The notes: a model not told the origin generated them from the letters alone. 64,000 nucleotides of DNA from Vicugna vicugna (GCA_013265495.1 MU058781.1:10149009-10213008); one strand, 5' to 3'; numbered from the stretch's first letter, positions 25,601 to 39,486 are shown. Numbers and translations are program-made.

Positions 25601-27413
25601 TTCAGTATTAAGACCACATCTACCACTTCCCACGAAGATAAAAATGAAATCTTGTGCAGAACTGCACCGAATGACTCATTTTGAATCTTCTCAATGATTT
25701 CTTCACCAGGTAACTTTTCTTGAGAATCTACCAACTTCTGGAATAAAAACTTTAATATGTGGTGATTCCCAGCACCAGAAATGATAGCCTATGTACACTT
25801 CTGAAAAGCCCCCGGGGAACTTGTGGATTAGCTCTTATCAGTAATAGAGGAGATATGAAATATTTAAAGGGAGATATAAATAGGTACCTGGAAGCCATCA
25901 CTAAGCACATAATATAATGGATGGCTTGAAGATTTGTTTTAATCCAACTTTGGCATTTCCTCTGCCAGAGTGACAGAGTGTCAGTCGCGTCGTGCAGGTA
26001 TGCTGATCAGGAAAACATTGTTCAAGGGAGGGCTAAAGCCCATCTAATGTGCAAGAGGTGGAAATAACAAACTAGGGAGAAAATTTCAAAACTATAGAAT
26101 ATAGCAGAGGTGGGGAGCTGAGCGAAGCTCTGTTCTTAATGCAAGGCTAGTAGGTATTTACATATTGAAATCCATGTGACTTATATGTCATACACTATTT
26201 ATTGTCTAAGTATACACAAAACACGTAGGTCATCTGCACATAAAGCCATTTTGACAGTTCCAAGCACTGAGATTCAATGTGTCATTCTAGAGGTTTTTCT
26301 CTTGAGTGACAAACTGTCTAACTTTTAAAATATCTTCAAAGAATGTTTCTCAGAATAGCCCTGCCTGATTGACTCCAGCATACTTCATCACTTGTCAATC
26401 AGTAGATCATTCAATCAATCAGTCAGTCAATCAGGTGTAAGTATTCTCATACACAGCCACTCTAGGGCTTTGTGCTTCATCAGCTAATGAGATTTTAAAA
26501 ATATACGAATTGAGAATTGACATATAGTTGCTAACATTTTGTTTTCCAAAGAGGAATTTAAATAACAGAAACTTGTAGTGTTGTGTATCTTTACCACTGC
26601 TCAGGAAAATAAATTATATTTTAACACCAGAAAAGAAATGAGGATATGCTTCAGATAAACCTATAGTCCTTTCCAAAAATGAGGAGTTGAGACCTTACCC
26701 TGATAAATGTTTACCCATGCTCACACACAGAGTTACATACATACATATTTTATGGATTCTCAACCACCAGTCACTCTTTATATGATCAAAATTTGGTAAA
26801 TTGATGGTCTAGATATAATTCCAACCTGGAATAATTCCTACCTGTATGGCCTTAGGCTGATACTGTGAGAGATTTCCTAGTCATCATCAATCCTAAAACA
26901 TTGGCTAAAAGAGAATTTGGGTTTTGACATGTGTGCCAATTAAACGATTGTGTCTCAGCTCCAAACCTGCTCTTCTGTGCGTTTTGAAGGATTTGCTGGG
27001 ACTCTGCAAACCACGTTTCTGCTTTGCCAGATCATCAGCCAATAAAAGACGCAAAAAGGGTGGGTGGGAATGCAAGGCTACAGAAACAAACAAACAAACC
27101 CCGAAACTTGTGAGTTTCTGTTTGTTCCCCCAGAGCTTCCTGTGGGCTTGCTGACTGCTTGCTTTGAGCATCGCCCCAGCGTTGCATCTTTGCCTGGGAG
27201 GCAGCAGTTCCGTCCAGCTGAACCTAGCATCCAGTTTTCTTGATATTTGCAAAACCAACTTGACCACGCCCCTGTCATCCAGCTGGTGCCCTCTTCTCGG
27301 GACCGTGAAGCCCCTCTTCTATGCTTCCAAATTGTAACATTCCCATCCTGTCTTTTTATTCTCTCAGTTCTAATGGAGGCTGCTTCCTGAAATTGCTACC
27401 CTAGTGATTTGGG

Positions 27414-27626
27414 CAGGGGTTGGCAAACTACAGCTTGGGGGCTGAATCCTGCCTGCTTCCTGTTTTTGTAAATAAAGCTTTATTGGGACACAGCCAGGCT
27501 CAGTCCTTACGTCTGGAGCTCTTGCTTCCTTGCCTCAACAGCAGAGTCTCAAGCAATCGTGACAACCTGCAGAGCCCAAACTACTTACTGTGTCTGACCC
27601 TTTGTAGAAAATGTTTGCTGATTTCC
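27414..27626. mobile_element. MER58A hAT-Charlie MITE
   Basis: CAGGGGTTGGCAAACTAC..TTTTGTAAATAAAGCTTTATTGGGACACAGCCA..GAAAATGTTTGCTGA. Confidence 0.85.
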
Positions 27627-29032
27627 AGAGTTCTCTTTTTACCTTTTCGGGTACTAAGTTGACAACTTCATATGTAGTTTTTTTTTTTTTTAAATATTGA
27701 ATTCTCTTTGTTCCAATAACTGGGAGAGGTTTCTGTTTTCAAGCTGATACAACGTGAGACATTTGCAAATTAACAAGAATTTGGCAAGTAGTAGGATTGC
27801 AAAGGAGACCCCGGCAGGGTGAAAACAAAGAAAATAATCATAGGTTAGAAGGACGACCTGAGAAAAAAGCCAGCAAATCACTGGATTCTGGAATTACCAC
27901 ATTCCTAATGTAAAGAAAACAAAATGAAAGTTTTATACCAAGAAGAAATGATAAATGGTCAAGAGAAACTTTTTAACTGCATATATACAAAAATCAGATA
28001 AACCTGCAGCAAGAGTATTTATGAACGAGGACCACTGCCATGGAGACAGATACAACAAAAGATCAAAAGAACAACTTTAAAACCGAACTATATTTCAGTG
28101 AAAATGAGCTGTAGGTCTATCAAGCATATTTCTTCACTCTGCTCTAATCATCTTAAGTAGATCTTATGAAAGTTGGAAATATGGGCTCAGATTACATCTC
28201 CATACAATGCTATATTCCTTTCCTTCATATGGCACTTTTTTTGGCTATATAAAAAAAGAAAGAGCTATGTGAAAATGAGAAAAGAAACATAGGTATCTAC
28301 TCATTATTTTTATTCCATCTTTTGACAGGAACCCATTAAGGATGTAACTAGTGGGAACAGGGTTTCGACATGATATTCCATTAAGCAACTTATTTTGGGC
28401 TGCTTATTAAGTCGTGTTGCCTAATGCACTGTTCTAATGCCTAAATCAGGTTTTTCCTACCGGGTACCTGAGGAAAGCTTTCTTGGCTTTCAAAAGTAAA
28501 TGTCAGTCACTGTAGAGAGAGAACAGTTTTGTCTACCATCTCTGGAGATTTAGTTAGCAACATTTCTTTTTTTATTAGAAGTCACTTTTGTAAGACATTA
28601 AAATCTTACCAATATTCGTGGTCACTAATTATTAGATGAGCCAGCTAGCCTTTCGAGACTTTCTGCCAGGATTTGTAGTTCAGTCTTAGATTTTCTAAGA
28701 GGATATTATTTGATACACACACTGGCACACATAAATGTACAAACTCATACTTCTCAATAGAAAAAAATTATTCCTCTTTACTCTGATGTTTCTTAATACA
28801 TGCTTCATATAAGTTGGTAACTGCTTTGTATTTGAAGCCTGCCATAGTCTTTAATCATGAGAACATATATGTGTATGATAGAAATTTGTATTGAAAGGAA
28901 ATATAATTGAAGGATGCTTCCAATGTGCCTTTAGTATTTAGACAATTGAAAAATGATCTAATTTAATGCTAGTAAAATCCCATAGAAAGTATTTCTTGTA
29001 GTATCCTTTCTGTATCAAGGCTGCCCCCATAT

Positions 29033-29238
29033 CAGGGCTTGTCTAGCTATGGATGGCCCATTGCTTGCTTTTATAAATAAAGTTTTATTAGAACACAGGC
29101 AGTCCCATTTGTTACATACTGTCTGTGACTGCTTTCACACTATAGGAGCAGATTTGAGTCGTCGTGACAGAGTATAAGGCTTTCAAAGGCTAACATATTT
29201 ATTATCTTGCCTTTTGCAGAAAAAGTTTGCCAACCCTG
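29033..29238. mobile_element. MER58A hAT-Charlie MITE
   Basis: CAGGGCTTG..AAATAAAGTTTTATTAGAACACAG..GAAAAAGTTTGCCAACCCTG. Confidence 0.85.
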
Positions 29239-29316
29239 AACCATACAAATCCAGTATTCTGGTTATATTATTTGATCTCAAACTGTATTCTGCCTTCTTG
29301 CATTTGTCTTTGAAGA

Positions 29317-30770
29317 ACCAAAGGTTCGAAAGTCAAAATCTATCTATCTCCCAGTTTCAGCGTTTCTAAAGTGAATGCATCCCTTTTTGTTCCTTCCTAA
29401 TGTTCTGCATCTGCTGCCTTGACATCTAAGTGGACATCTGAGCAGTCCTTCCTCCCTCTTCCATCCATTTTCCTTCATAAGGAAATCTTTCTCTTCCACT
29501 CTCTGTGCATCTTTCTCTTCTCTCTATTCAAACGGACATAATTCAATTCCTTTTCTAACCTATTGTAATTACCACACTCCACCTCCATGCTTTGCCTTCT
29601 TCAATCCATACCCCTCATATAAATAGAACCATCTAACCAGAATGCGAACTGAACACGTCACTATCTTGATGCCATCCCTTGACTGCTTCTCATCATCTCT
29701 GAGAGTAGTTCTTAACCGTCTTATCATGGCACATTGATATGAGGAGAGCTGTTCTGTGTGTGTTTGTTCTAGATAGATAGCTAGGCTCCCCCCTCCCCAG
29801 GAATTAAAGACCTGAATTTTGAGATTGTTTTTTGATGACTAAGAAAGAATTCTAGGTTATTCCTTTGTTTACCTTCACTACCTAGGATTCAGACGTGTTT
29901 TGATTAAGAAAGCAAAACTGAGATGAAGTTGAATTTAGTTCACCTGGAATTCTGCATTAATGTGGAAGGATGGAGCACATGGGAATTCTTTTCATGAGAA
30001 CTGGTGGTCTACAGGATAAGGTCTAGAATCTTCACCTGGAATGATACCAAAGGTTCGAAAGTCAAAATCTATCTCCCAGTTTCAGCGTTTCTAAAGTGAA
30101 TGCATCCCTTTTTGTTCCTTCCTAATGTTCTGCATCTGCTGCCTTGACATCTAAGTGGACATCTGAGCAGTCCTTCCTCCCTCTTCCATCCATTTTCCTT
30201 CATAAGGAAATCTTTCTCTTCCACTCTCTGTGCATCTTTCTCTTCTCTCTATTCAAACGGACATAATTCAATTCCTTTTCTAACCTATTGTAATTACCAC
30301 ACTCCACCTCCATGCTTTGCCTTCTTCAATCCATACCCCTCATATAAATAGAACCATCTAACCAGAATGCGAACTGAACACGTCACTATCTTGATGCCAT
30401 CCCTTGACTGCTTCTCATCATCTCTGAGAGTAGTTCTTAACCGTCTTATCATGGCACATTGATATGAGGAGAGCTGTTCTGTGTGTGTTTGTTCTAGATA
30501 GATAGCTAGGCTCCCCCCTCCCCAGGAATTAAAGACCTGAATTTTGAGATTGTTTTTTGATGACTAAGAAAGAATTCTAGGTTATTCCTTTGTTTACCTT
30601 CACTACCTAGGATTCAGACGTGTTTTGATTAAGAAAGCAAAACTGAGATGAAGTTGAATTTAGTTCACCTGGAATTCTGCATTAATGTGGAAGGATGGAG
30701 CACATGGGAATTCTTTTCATGAGAACTGGTGGTCTACAGGATAAGGTCTAGAATCTTCACCTGGAATGAT
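29317..30770. repeat. Tandem duplication, 2 copies (29317-30045, 729 bp; 30046-30770, 725 bp), containing L2-like sequence
   Basis: Direct comparison: identical apart from one TATC unit (AAAATCTATCTATCTCCC versus AAAATCTATCTCCC) near the start of the unit. Confidence 0.97.
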
Positions 30771-30859
30771 CAGATCCAGGACGGCTTTCTCCCTGGAATC
30801 TCCTATCTGTTCATCACGTGGTCCCTCAACTAGTGATGATGATCTATCCCTAGTTCCTC

Positions 30860-31240
30860 AGCTGTCCCTTAGTCTTCATCACCTCTGTGCACGTGGAATG
30901 CTGCTCCCTATGCCTGCAAAGCCCTTCCTCTTGATGCTTGATCTATTACTATTTCTTTTCCAAGACTTGGTTTAAATCATTCCTATTCAAAGGCAGCCTT
31001 TTCTGATCTCTCCAGCCAGTGTTACATATATCCTTCCCTCTTCTTCCCAAATACCATGTTTATACTTTGGTCACAGTGACTGTCAGATGTTCTCCTTACA
31101 ACCGGTGTGCACAATATTCATTTATTATATTGTCTTCCCTCTAGAGGATCTCAACTTTTTTTTTCCTTTCTTGTTTACATCTCTAGTGCCTGGGACCCTG
31201 CAGTATAGTGGGTGCCAAAGAATTACATGTTAAATGAATG
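30860..31240 (+). mobile_element. L2 3' end
   Basis: TGGAATGCTGCTCCC..CAAGACTTGGTTTAAATCA..CCTTTTCTGATCTC..TCTCTAGTGCCTGG..TTAAATGAATGGAT. Confidence 0.65.
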
Positions 31241-32669
31241 GATCTCTCTACACTAGTTTTAAACATCAGAGAAAACACTAACGACTCCTTCTGTAGCTTT
31301 GCTCTAACCTCTCCTCATGAGTAAAACAAGTGAGGAGCTCCATTCACTCCCAAGAGTTAAAAGAGTTGAATGTTACATTTTTTCAAAGCATTAATAGCTG
31401 AAGAGACGTAATTCAAATAAATGAATTCTTAATGATGCGATCTCAGACTTTGGTAGAAGTGTTTCTGGAGTAACGGCATTCTTAGCATCATTTGTATTGA
31501 ACTGTATCCTCCATCAGCTGGGAAGTCCCTGCCCTCTATTCTCTATGTACAGAGTGGCAAATTGAGGAAGACTCTTGGAGAATCCCATAAAGTAACATGG
31601 AAATATTTGTACAAATTCTGATGTACAGCAGATGCCAGATGTAGCAGGAGGGTTTCTCAAGAAGAGTTTGTCTAGAGTAAAACCACCATCTCCCTCTTCT
31701 TAATCCTTCACGTACGAGCTGCTAAAAATCCAGTGCTTAAAAGAATATGACCAGTCTCAAGCCAGTATTTGGAACTTTGGGGGATTTTTTTTTAAATCAG
31801 AGGTTCTCTCTCTCTTGATAGTTAAATCAACCAACTGATAGTGAAAATTCCAAACAAGTTCATGTACTGCAATATTATGTAACTGTTTTAATTTTTTAAA
31901 TTAAATTGACTAGCTGTATTTTTCTCATGAAGTCACAGGGTTTCAATAGAGCTTATGATCCAGTACCAATGAAATAGCAGGTTTTCACCTTGGAGTCATT
32001 GTCTTTAAAAAAGGAGGATAAATCCGTTATGGAAATAGTTTAAGAAATTTACCATGAGATAATGCAAACTGAACGTGAATTGTGAGTAAGAAGTTGATTC
32101 CTGAGTTTTCAATATTGGCACAGGAAATCATTAAACTCGATCAGTGACAAAAATCCTGTGAAACTGGCAATGTTAATGGGGCTGTTTTGCCCTCAGAAGT
32201 TTCCTTGAAAACATAGGGTAATGCCATTAGTGCTGAACTTGCCCACCTGTAGCAAAATTGTTTCCTTAGGGGAGAGTAAATGTGATTAGAAACCACAGTG
32301 TGATGAAGAAAAAGTCTGGGATGATTTATGTGTGTGGTCTGGCTTGAAAGTGGGTGGCAGAAGTTAGGGGAAAAAATTAATGACCTTTTCAGGGCTCTTT
32401 TCTTCCTATAATTCTATAGCAAGGGCTGTGTTCCACAGAACTAGTGTGATAAAATGAAGGCTCAAGGAAATCATCACGGGGATTATCATTAAATTGTTCT
32501 CACAGAGATGGACGAAGCATGTGACTCTGTAGAATCATTTCCCCTGGGATGATATATATCACATATATATTGACAGTTGGACCTAGTAAAATAGAATAAA
32601 GAAAGCCAAACTCTAGGAGTATTTGCCCAAATCCAACAGTTGAGAAATAACCAAATAAGTAAACTTTAT

Positions 32670-32865
32670 TAATTTTATTTAACCCTTAGTGTTCGTTGTG
32701 TGTATGACACTCTTCTCAGGGCTTTATGAATATCAACCGACGTGGTAGGTACTGTTCTTATCTTCATTTCCCTGGTGTCCAGAGAGATGAACTGACTTGA
32801 ATTGAGGTACACAGCTAGTGAGCAATGAGGCCAGGATTCAAACCAAGGCAGTCTGCCTCCTCCTC
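32670..32865 (-). mobile_element. MIR SINE
   Basis: GTGGTAGGTACTGTTCTTATCTTCATTT..ACACAGCTAGTGAGCAATGAGGCCAGGATTCAAACCAAGGCAGTCTG. Confidence 0.8.
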
Positions 32866-34644
32866 TTGACCTCATGGAAAATGGGCTTCTTCAGAGAGAG
32901 AAGGAGTGAGATATCCTGGGAATGCAACCTCATCAGTTGTGCAGAGTGTTGATACTAATGAAAGAAGCACCAGGTTAATTGTTTTGTAGCACTAGAGCAT
33001 CTTCTGGAGGACACTCCCTCTTTTCCCCCACTTGCCATCCATCATTGATTCTTCTCCAGGGGGAAGAAAATAAAGGAAAAAAAGGAAAAGAGAAGCAACA
33101 ACAAAGTGATCCAGATAATCTGGTGGATGTTTCTTGACTGAGATATTTATTAATGTGGTGGCTCTACTAATAATGCTGAAGTGAGAATTGCTTTAAACAA
33201 TTTTCATGTTTCACAAAGGAAAGTTTTTTTCAATTTTTTTGAGAAGCTATCTGTGATTGCCCTTAAACCTTTATCTCACCAAAGATACAGGGAAATGAGA
33301 GATGATTACCCTATAGCTGAATCTGTATGTAATTAAAATATTGCATGACTGTCCTTACTCTGTATTCATAAGACTGCAGAATTCTCTGTTATGGAGAAAG
33401 GTGTTAACTTCCTTCAAAGTCAACTGGAATTGATTGAGCATTTTCTGTGTGCAAGTGAGGTGGAAACCTATATGATGTCAACAACATTCTCTTGGCCACC
33501 ATGCAAATGAGTCCCTTGTCAGAAAATTTGACACCTCTTTTCCTAGCCCTCCTGCAACTTCTCTGACATTTTGTACATGCGTTTGGGGAAACTGAAGTGA
33601 CTAATTTAGCATATGACTGCCTCCATTCTAAAGCTTTCCTTGATCTTAAAGGACAATCTGCTCCTATGGTCTCAGGCAGGGTTCTGGTGAGTCACGTTTT
33701 TGAACCGTTCTGATCTGTAGAGTCGACTAGCCTTGTACCCAGCAACACTGAGTCTTAGTGTAGTTCTTGTATCTAGTCCTTGTGGATACAGCACAGAGCA
33801 AAATAGACAGCAAGTGGTGTAACCTAGAATCCTAGCTCCTAATGCAAAATCACAGTGATTTCCCAAGCAAGGCATAGGACAAGTACCTTGTAAAGGAAGA
33901 TGACTGTTCTGTCAGTTTCATTAGGTAAGGAGTACCGGTGAAGACCTGTGTCTTCCACTCTCTACTAAAGTAGATTTCTGAAAGGATGATCTGTATGATG
34001 TCTTACTTAAATCTGCCAGCCTGGAATGATCCCTACCATGAGTGATGCACGTGCAGTGCTGTAAGGGTGCAGTTATTGCATACTAAATCATACAGCATAT
34101 GTGTGCATATATATCACAATTCCCCTCCGAATTGCTAAACTCTGAGAGGACAAGGGAAATATTGTACAGAACTTACATTTTAAGCCCAGTGCCTATTACA
34201 CAAAAGACCTAAATATATGTTCATCAGATGCCTGATTCATCTACAGAGCTTGTCTTGCATCCAGGAATGTCTTTCAGCCCACAGGTATACTGACACGGTG
34301 AGCAGTGCTGTTGAAGCTGTTTCCCTGGGTACAACCAGTGGTACATCTTGCTTCTCTCTCTCATTTGTAAAATAAGATTTTAAGAGAGTGTGAAGTTATA
34401 AACAGCTACAAAGGCAGTCTCTTACTTGAGATTAAAGCAAATCACGTCTTTAAACACAGGAGGATGCTTTGGAGACTTGGGTATCCTATCTTGCTACTCT
34501 TTTGCAGCTCTGAAGAGTTAAACCAAAGCTATCTAAATATAAACTTTTTAGATCATTAAAGATATAACTTTAAAAGACACTAGAGATTTATAATATTTCC
34601 AGATATCTCTCTCTGTCAGTAGGACTAATGCTCTCCTGGCTACC

Positions 34645-34830
34645 TAGTGTAGTGGGGAAAAAAGTGATTTTTATGGCTAACAGATCTGAGTTTCCACTCC
34701 TGCTGTCTCATTTCCTAGCTGTCCAAACTTAGGTAAGCTGCATAATCAGGGGCTTGGTTTTCGTATCTGTAAATCTGGTGTAAAAATGATTAATTAGCAA
34801 GGATATTACAAGATCGGATCATGTAAGTCA
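34645..34830 (+). mobile_element. MIR SINE
   Basis: CAGATCTGAGTTTCCACTCCTGC..CTAGCTGT..TTAGGTAAG..GGTTTTCGTATCTGTAAAT. Confidence 0.65.
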
Positions 34831-35404
34831 GAAAATCCATCTGTATTACTTAACACAGAGAAATGCAGTATCGATCAGTTTCTCTTCCTTTTTCCAGTTG
34901 CGAATGGCAAGTGGAAGCACTCCTCTTGAAGACAGTTGGGGGGTCTGATTTACACAACCTGACCACCCTGGAAAATCAGTCTTTAACAAGAGAAATTCAA
35001 GAGAGTTTCCTCCCACCCTCATTTTCTTGTCTTTGATAATTGAGAGACTGCGCTGTTTGTCCTCAAAGGCAGGAAGTTTGTACATCTGCTCTGCCTTGCA
35101 CTCGGTCTTTATTGGATTATGCAGCATTACCTAAATAAACAAGAACATACCAAACACATCCTCCCAACTGAGTGCTAAGCCAGCTGAGTCACAATGTCAT
35201 TTCTTTGTAGTTTGACACACCTTCAGGAAGATCAAATACCAAGCCACTTTCCAGCTGCAAGTCCCTAAATAGAGCTGACTTTCAGGGTGTGGCCATTTTC
35301 CTGGTGTCTGAAAGTCTTTGGGTTGAGTCACAACCGCTTACAGGCTGGTGATGGGATTAATGACAGTGAATGATCTGACACCTGCTCAGTTACCCGCTGT
35401 AACA

Positions 35405-35570
35405 ATATACTTAATATATTTTTATATATTCATATTTATTAGTATATAATTGTTATATATTATGATATATAATTTAGTATATTATACAACATATAAAATA
35501 GGATGTTTTATTACATATAATATAAAAATAGTTCTATGTTAAATATATTTAAAAGTATATATATTTGTGT
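35405..35570. repeat. AT-rich low-complexity tract
   Basis: Degenerate (TA)-rich run read directly from the sequence. Confidence 0.8.
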
Positions 35571-36129
35571 ATCTATGTTTCCACATATATGCAAACATAC
35601 ACTTTTTTGAGTTATGTATATCCTGGTAAATTAAACACTTAAGAAGACATAATGTAATATTGTGACTTACTAGTCAAATATCTGCCTGTACATGCTCCCC
35701 TGTTTCAGAACACAAGTAAGATTTGACTTTTTCTCTTTATTAACTTTCCTTCTTTCAGTTTATCATCCAGTTTTGTAGATTCTTTCTATTAAATGTATCT
35801 CATCAACATGACCACTTTGGTTGAGGCCTTAATTTCTGACCTAACATATTGCTATAGATTTCCAGTGAGATTTTCTTGCTGCCTTTCTTGATTCTCTTCA
35901 GTCTGTTCTCCAATTGTAAAATATGATCTTTTCAAAAAGTAAGCCAGTTTAGGATAACAGGTTAAAGGTTACTTAACCCAAGTCACAGAATCCTCCATCC
36001 TCCACCAGGAACACAGATCCTCAAATGTCACAATGTCTCACATGCCTGAAGCAGACATGGGACAAAACCCAGCCTCTCCTCACCATCCAAGGCTGACCCA
36101 GCATGACAGCAGAGACACTGACAATTACA

Positions 36130-36735
36130 GCCAAGAAACATCTTCATCTTCACAACAGTATCCTCATGACCATTAGCTGTCATCTCCTTCCCTCCCCCTG
36201 CCCCAGCTTTAAGCAATCACTGATTGACTTTCTGTCTCTATAAATTCTATCTTGTAGTTTGGGCAGTTCATATAAATTGAATCATATAATATATGGTCTT
36301 TTGTGCCTGGTTTCTCTCGCTTACTGTAGTGTTTTGGGGGTTTATCCATGTTGTGGTGTGTATCAGTTTTTCATTCCTTTTTATTGCCAAATTAACATTC
36401 CATTGCATGGATAGGCCACATTTTATTTGTCCATTCTTTGATTGATGGAATTCAGATTGTTTCCACTTTTCACCTGTTATGAGTAATTCTCCTGTGAACT
36501 TTTGTGAACAAGTTTTTGGGTGGACATAAGTTTTCATTTCTCTTGAGTTTACACCCAAGTGGAATTGCTGGGTGACATGGTAAATTTAGGTTTAATTTTG
36601 AGTAATTGCCATTTTTTTCCCCAAAGTGACTATCTCATTTTACATTCCCACTAGCAATATTAAGAGGGTTTCACTTTCTCCACATCCCAACCAATGCTTG
36701 TTTTGACTGTCTAGTGGGTGTAATGTGGTGTCTCC
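36130..36735 (-). mobile_element. L1MB-like fragment (ORF2 C-terminus plus 3' UTR, antisense)
   Basis: ORF 36268..36558 (REMKTYVHPKTC..KWKQ..AIKRNEKLIHTTTWINPQN) is a decayed L1 ORF2 end. Confidence 0.9.
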
Positions 36736-37804
36736 CTGGAAGCCGCCCCTTCTTGAAAGGAAAAAAAATTAAATAACTATTCTTTGCTCTGTCATAGGCA
36801 ACCCAATTGTTGTCAATAACAATAGGTTAGTGGGTGAATTCTGCATCTGATACTAGAAGAAAAGGACTCCTAGCTGTGGTTGGTGGTTTTTCACTTTAGG
36901 AATATATGGCATGAAGAACTGAAATGACTAAATGAGAGGCACCTTGTATTTTAAGGTCGAGGTCTGAACCAGAGCCCGATGGATGGATAAACCCTTGTGT
37001 TCTTCTCAAAGTGTACCTAGAATGCCTGGATCTATGACTTTGAGCCGGCATGTAATTAGTACCCTCATTATGAGAGGAATGTCTCACTTAAGGATAGAAA
37101 GCAGGAAAACAACTTCTTTAATTCCTACTTTGTCAGTATATTCAGGAAAGCTGCAAATTTCATGGACCGCTGTGAAATGAACAGATAAAGTGGTACAGAA
37201 GCCAGCCCCCTTCCCGCCCCCGCCCCAGAGCAAATGCCCTTAGCGATAGGCTGGGATGGAAGCTTCCACTCAGCAATCTTTGCCACTCATGTGTCATGGC
37301 TTTCATATTAGGCTAGGGTTGGCGTTAGTCAGGAACACCAACAGTTTGACATCTTGCTCTGCCTGTGGTCAGTGTTCTAGGTATGATAGTCTCTTTCAAC
37401 AAAAAAATTCAGTTAATGGCGTACATTTCAATTAGGACATAATTCAAATCTCTTGTTGAACCACTGCTCAAAGAAATTACCCAACATGGGTAATTCCTCA
37501 GAAACCCCAGTTCTCTGAAGCTTTAAGAGTAACCAAAATAGGCTTCAGTAAGTAGGTAACTGCCGAGGCGGTGAGTGTTCCAGCTAAGCTGTGTTGGGAT
37601 GTCTCTCAGCATCCACTACTTAGTAGACCCATGTTGGAAGTTAGCCAGCATTCTTTCTTAGTCAGTATTGTCCAGTGACAAGGAATCCCCTCAGAACTGT
37701 GCCACCAAGAGGGGAGATTATAATAATACAACAGAACACTGGAGTTGAAATCCATGTGGTCAGTCATCATGGGAACTTACTATGAGAAGACACTGGAACA
37801 ACTA

Positions 37805-38099
37805 CAGTTGTCCCTTCGTATCCTCAAGAGGATGATTCTAGGATACCTTTAGCCAGTATGCTCAAGTCCCTTACACAAAATAGTATTTGCATATAAGCTA
37901 CATGCATCCTCTCGGATACCTTAAATCATCTCTCGATTCCTTATAATACCTAATACAATGTAAGTGCTATGTGAATAGTTGCTGGTAGGTGGCAAATTCA
38001 AGTTTTACTTTTTGGAACTTTCTGGATTTTTAAAAATATTTTCAGTCTGCTGTTGGTTGAATCTGCAGATAGGGAGCCTGTGGATACAGAGGGAGAGTG
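37805..38099. mobile_element. MER2(B) TcMar-Tigger MITE
   Basis: TA|CAGTTGTCCCTTCGTATCC..GGATACAGAGGGAGAGTG|TA with TA target duplication. Internal GCTCAAGTCCCTTA..TATAATACCTAATACAATGTAA. Confidence 0.9.
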
Positions 38100-39296
38100 T
38101 AATTTTCTTTGCATGTTTCAGGACTGCATGTTTTTCTGTCTCCCTTCTCAGCAGAGTTCTGCTGCTTTCTTCCCACCCTGCGTCTTCTGGTCCTCTGTCT
38201 CAGTGTGCAAACCGGCAGAGATGTTGATGTGTGTACAGAGAACGAAAGCAAGAGACCAAAGGGAAGCCAATTGTACTGTTAGACTGTGGGCAGTGGACAC
38301 TGAGAAGGAATCTAAGGATAAGTAGGAACTGCGAGTAGCTGATGAAGGGAGAGAATGGACTGTAGCAGAGGCAGTTCTAGAACAAATTACACAAGTAGAG
38401 AAAGTTGATGGGATTTTCTTCTTGCATGTAGCCTGGTATGTTTTACCAACCAGGAGAGAACTCTTAAAGGGACTCATCTAATCTTAGAAATGCATTCTCA
38501 CTTTTCAGAGTTGGAATTACTGTTTAGGCCTAAGTGTTTGCCTTTATGAAATCACTGGATGTCAATTGTAGTAATGGTAGTGGAAATACATGACATGCTC
38601 CTTAACTTTTAAAAAAGTGTGAGACTCTTGTCGCATAAAAAGATATTGCTTATTTAAGCTGAAAATGAAAGAGATTTAACCTAAATGAATAAATGTATCT
38701 TTGCAGTTTTAGTCAGTTAAGATTTTACATGAGACAAAACTAAATGCTTTCTTCAGAACAAGAGCTCTTCTTGAGGGGGCGCATTCACTCAAGATCTGCT
38801 TTGATGCTCTGGAAACACATTGCCTGTCACTTCTTATTGCTTGCTGCTTAATTAGAAGGGATGTCAGACACTTCTGAAAAGGCTCTGGTAAATTGTCAAA
38901 TTCAACAAAAGAAAGAAAATTTTAGATAAAAAGCACCTTATGTAAATTATGCCTTCCCCCTAGCCCAATTTCCTTCCTTCTTCTAAGCACTGTTACCGTC
39001 ATTTTCGGTGACTTTTGTCTGGCATTTAAAAATGAAATGCGATTCTCTGATTCACTCCTTGGCAACATTCCCTGAAATACTGTGTTAAGTGTTCTCAATT
39101 ATATGCCAGTCCCAATAGGATCCCGATAAGAGATTTTAAAAAGATATTTTATCTAGTGCATTCTATTTTGCAGTTTGAATGCTATCCATGTTGCAATAGA
39201 TATAGATAAATTAAGCAATGTTAAAAAAATCTGGTAACTTTAAATCAATAAATTTGTACATGGCTGAACATATATACCAAAAAGTTGAAGATTTTA

Positions 39297-39486
39297 TTTC
39301 ATTTTTTAATTTTTAAAAAACTTTTTACTTTTTTTTGGTGGGACTAGAGGGGGAGGGGAGGTAATTAGGTCTGTTTGTTTGTTTGTTTGTTTATTTATTT
39401 ATTTTAGAGGAGATACTGGGGATTGAACCCAGGACCTTGTGCATGCTAAGCATGCGTTCTACCACTTGAGCTATACCCTCTCCCCC
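39297..39486 (-). mobile_element. tRNA-derived SINE, camelid Vic-1-like
   Basis: GGGGATTGAACCCAGGACCTTGTGCATGCTAAGCATGCGTTCTACCACTTGAGCTATACCC plus T-rich tail. TSD AAAAGTTGAAGATTTTA (39280-39296) / AAAAGTTGAATATTTTA (39487-39503). Confidence 0.9.

Noticed and set aside
28378..28428. Hairpin CATTAAGCAAC..GTTGCCTAATG as a pre-miRNA
   Set aside because: The stem is only 11 bp with poor inner pairing, and I recognise no miRNA.
13891..30770. Direct repeats as CRISPR array or LTR pair
   Set aside because: Each is a head-to-tail two-copy duplication of hundreds of bp with no spacers, no TG..CA ends and no internal domain, in a eukaryotic context.
10150..33930. Other AG|GT juxtapositions (TTTAG|GTGATT ~10174, TTCAG|GTAGGG 10769, CCAG|GTAACT 25709, TTAG|GTAAGG ~33924)
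   Set aside because: They have a weaker donor or shorter pyrimidine tract than the 51354 site, and several are expected by chance in 64 kb of T-rich DNA.
39420..39486. tRNA gene
   Set aside because: The A/B-box-like sequence is the head of a SINE with tail and TSD; there is no full cloverleaf.
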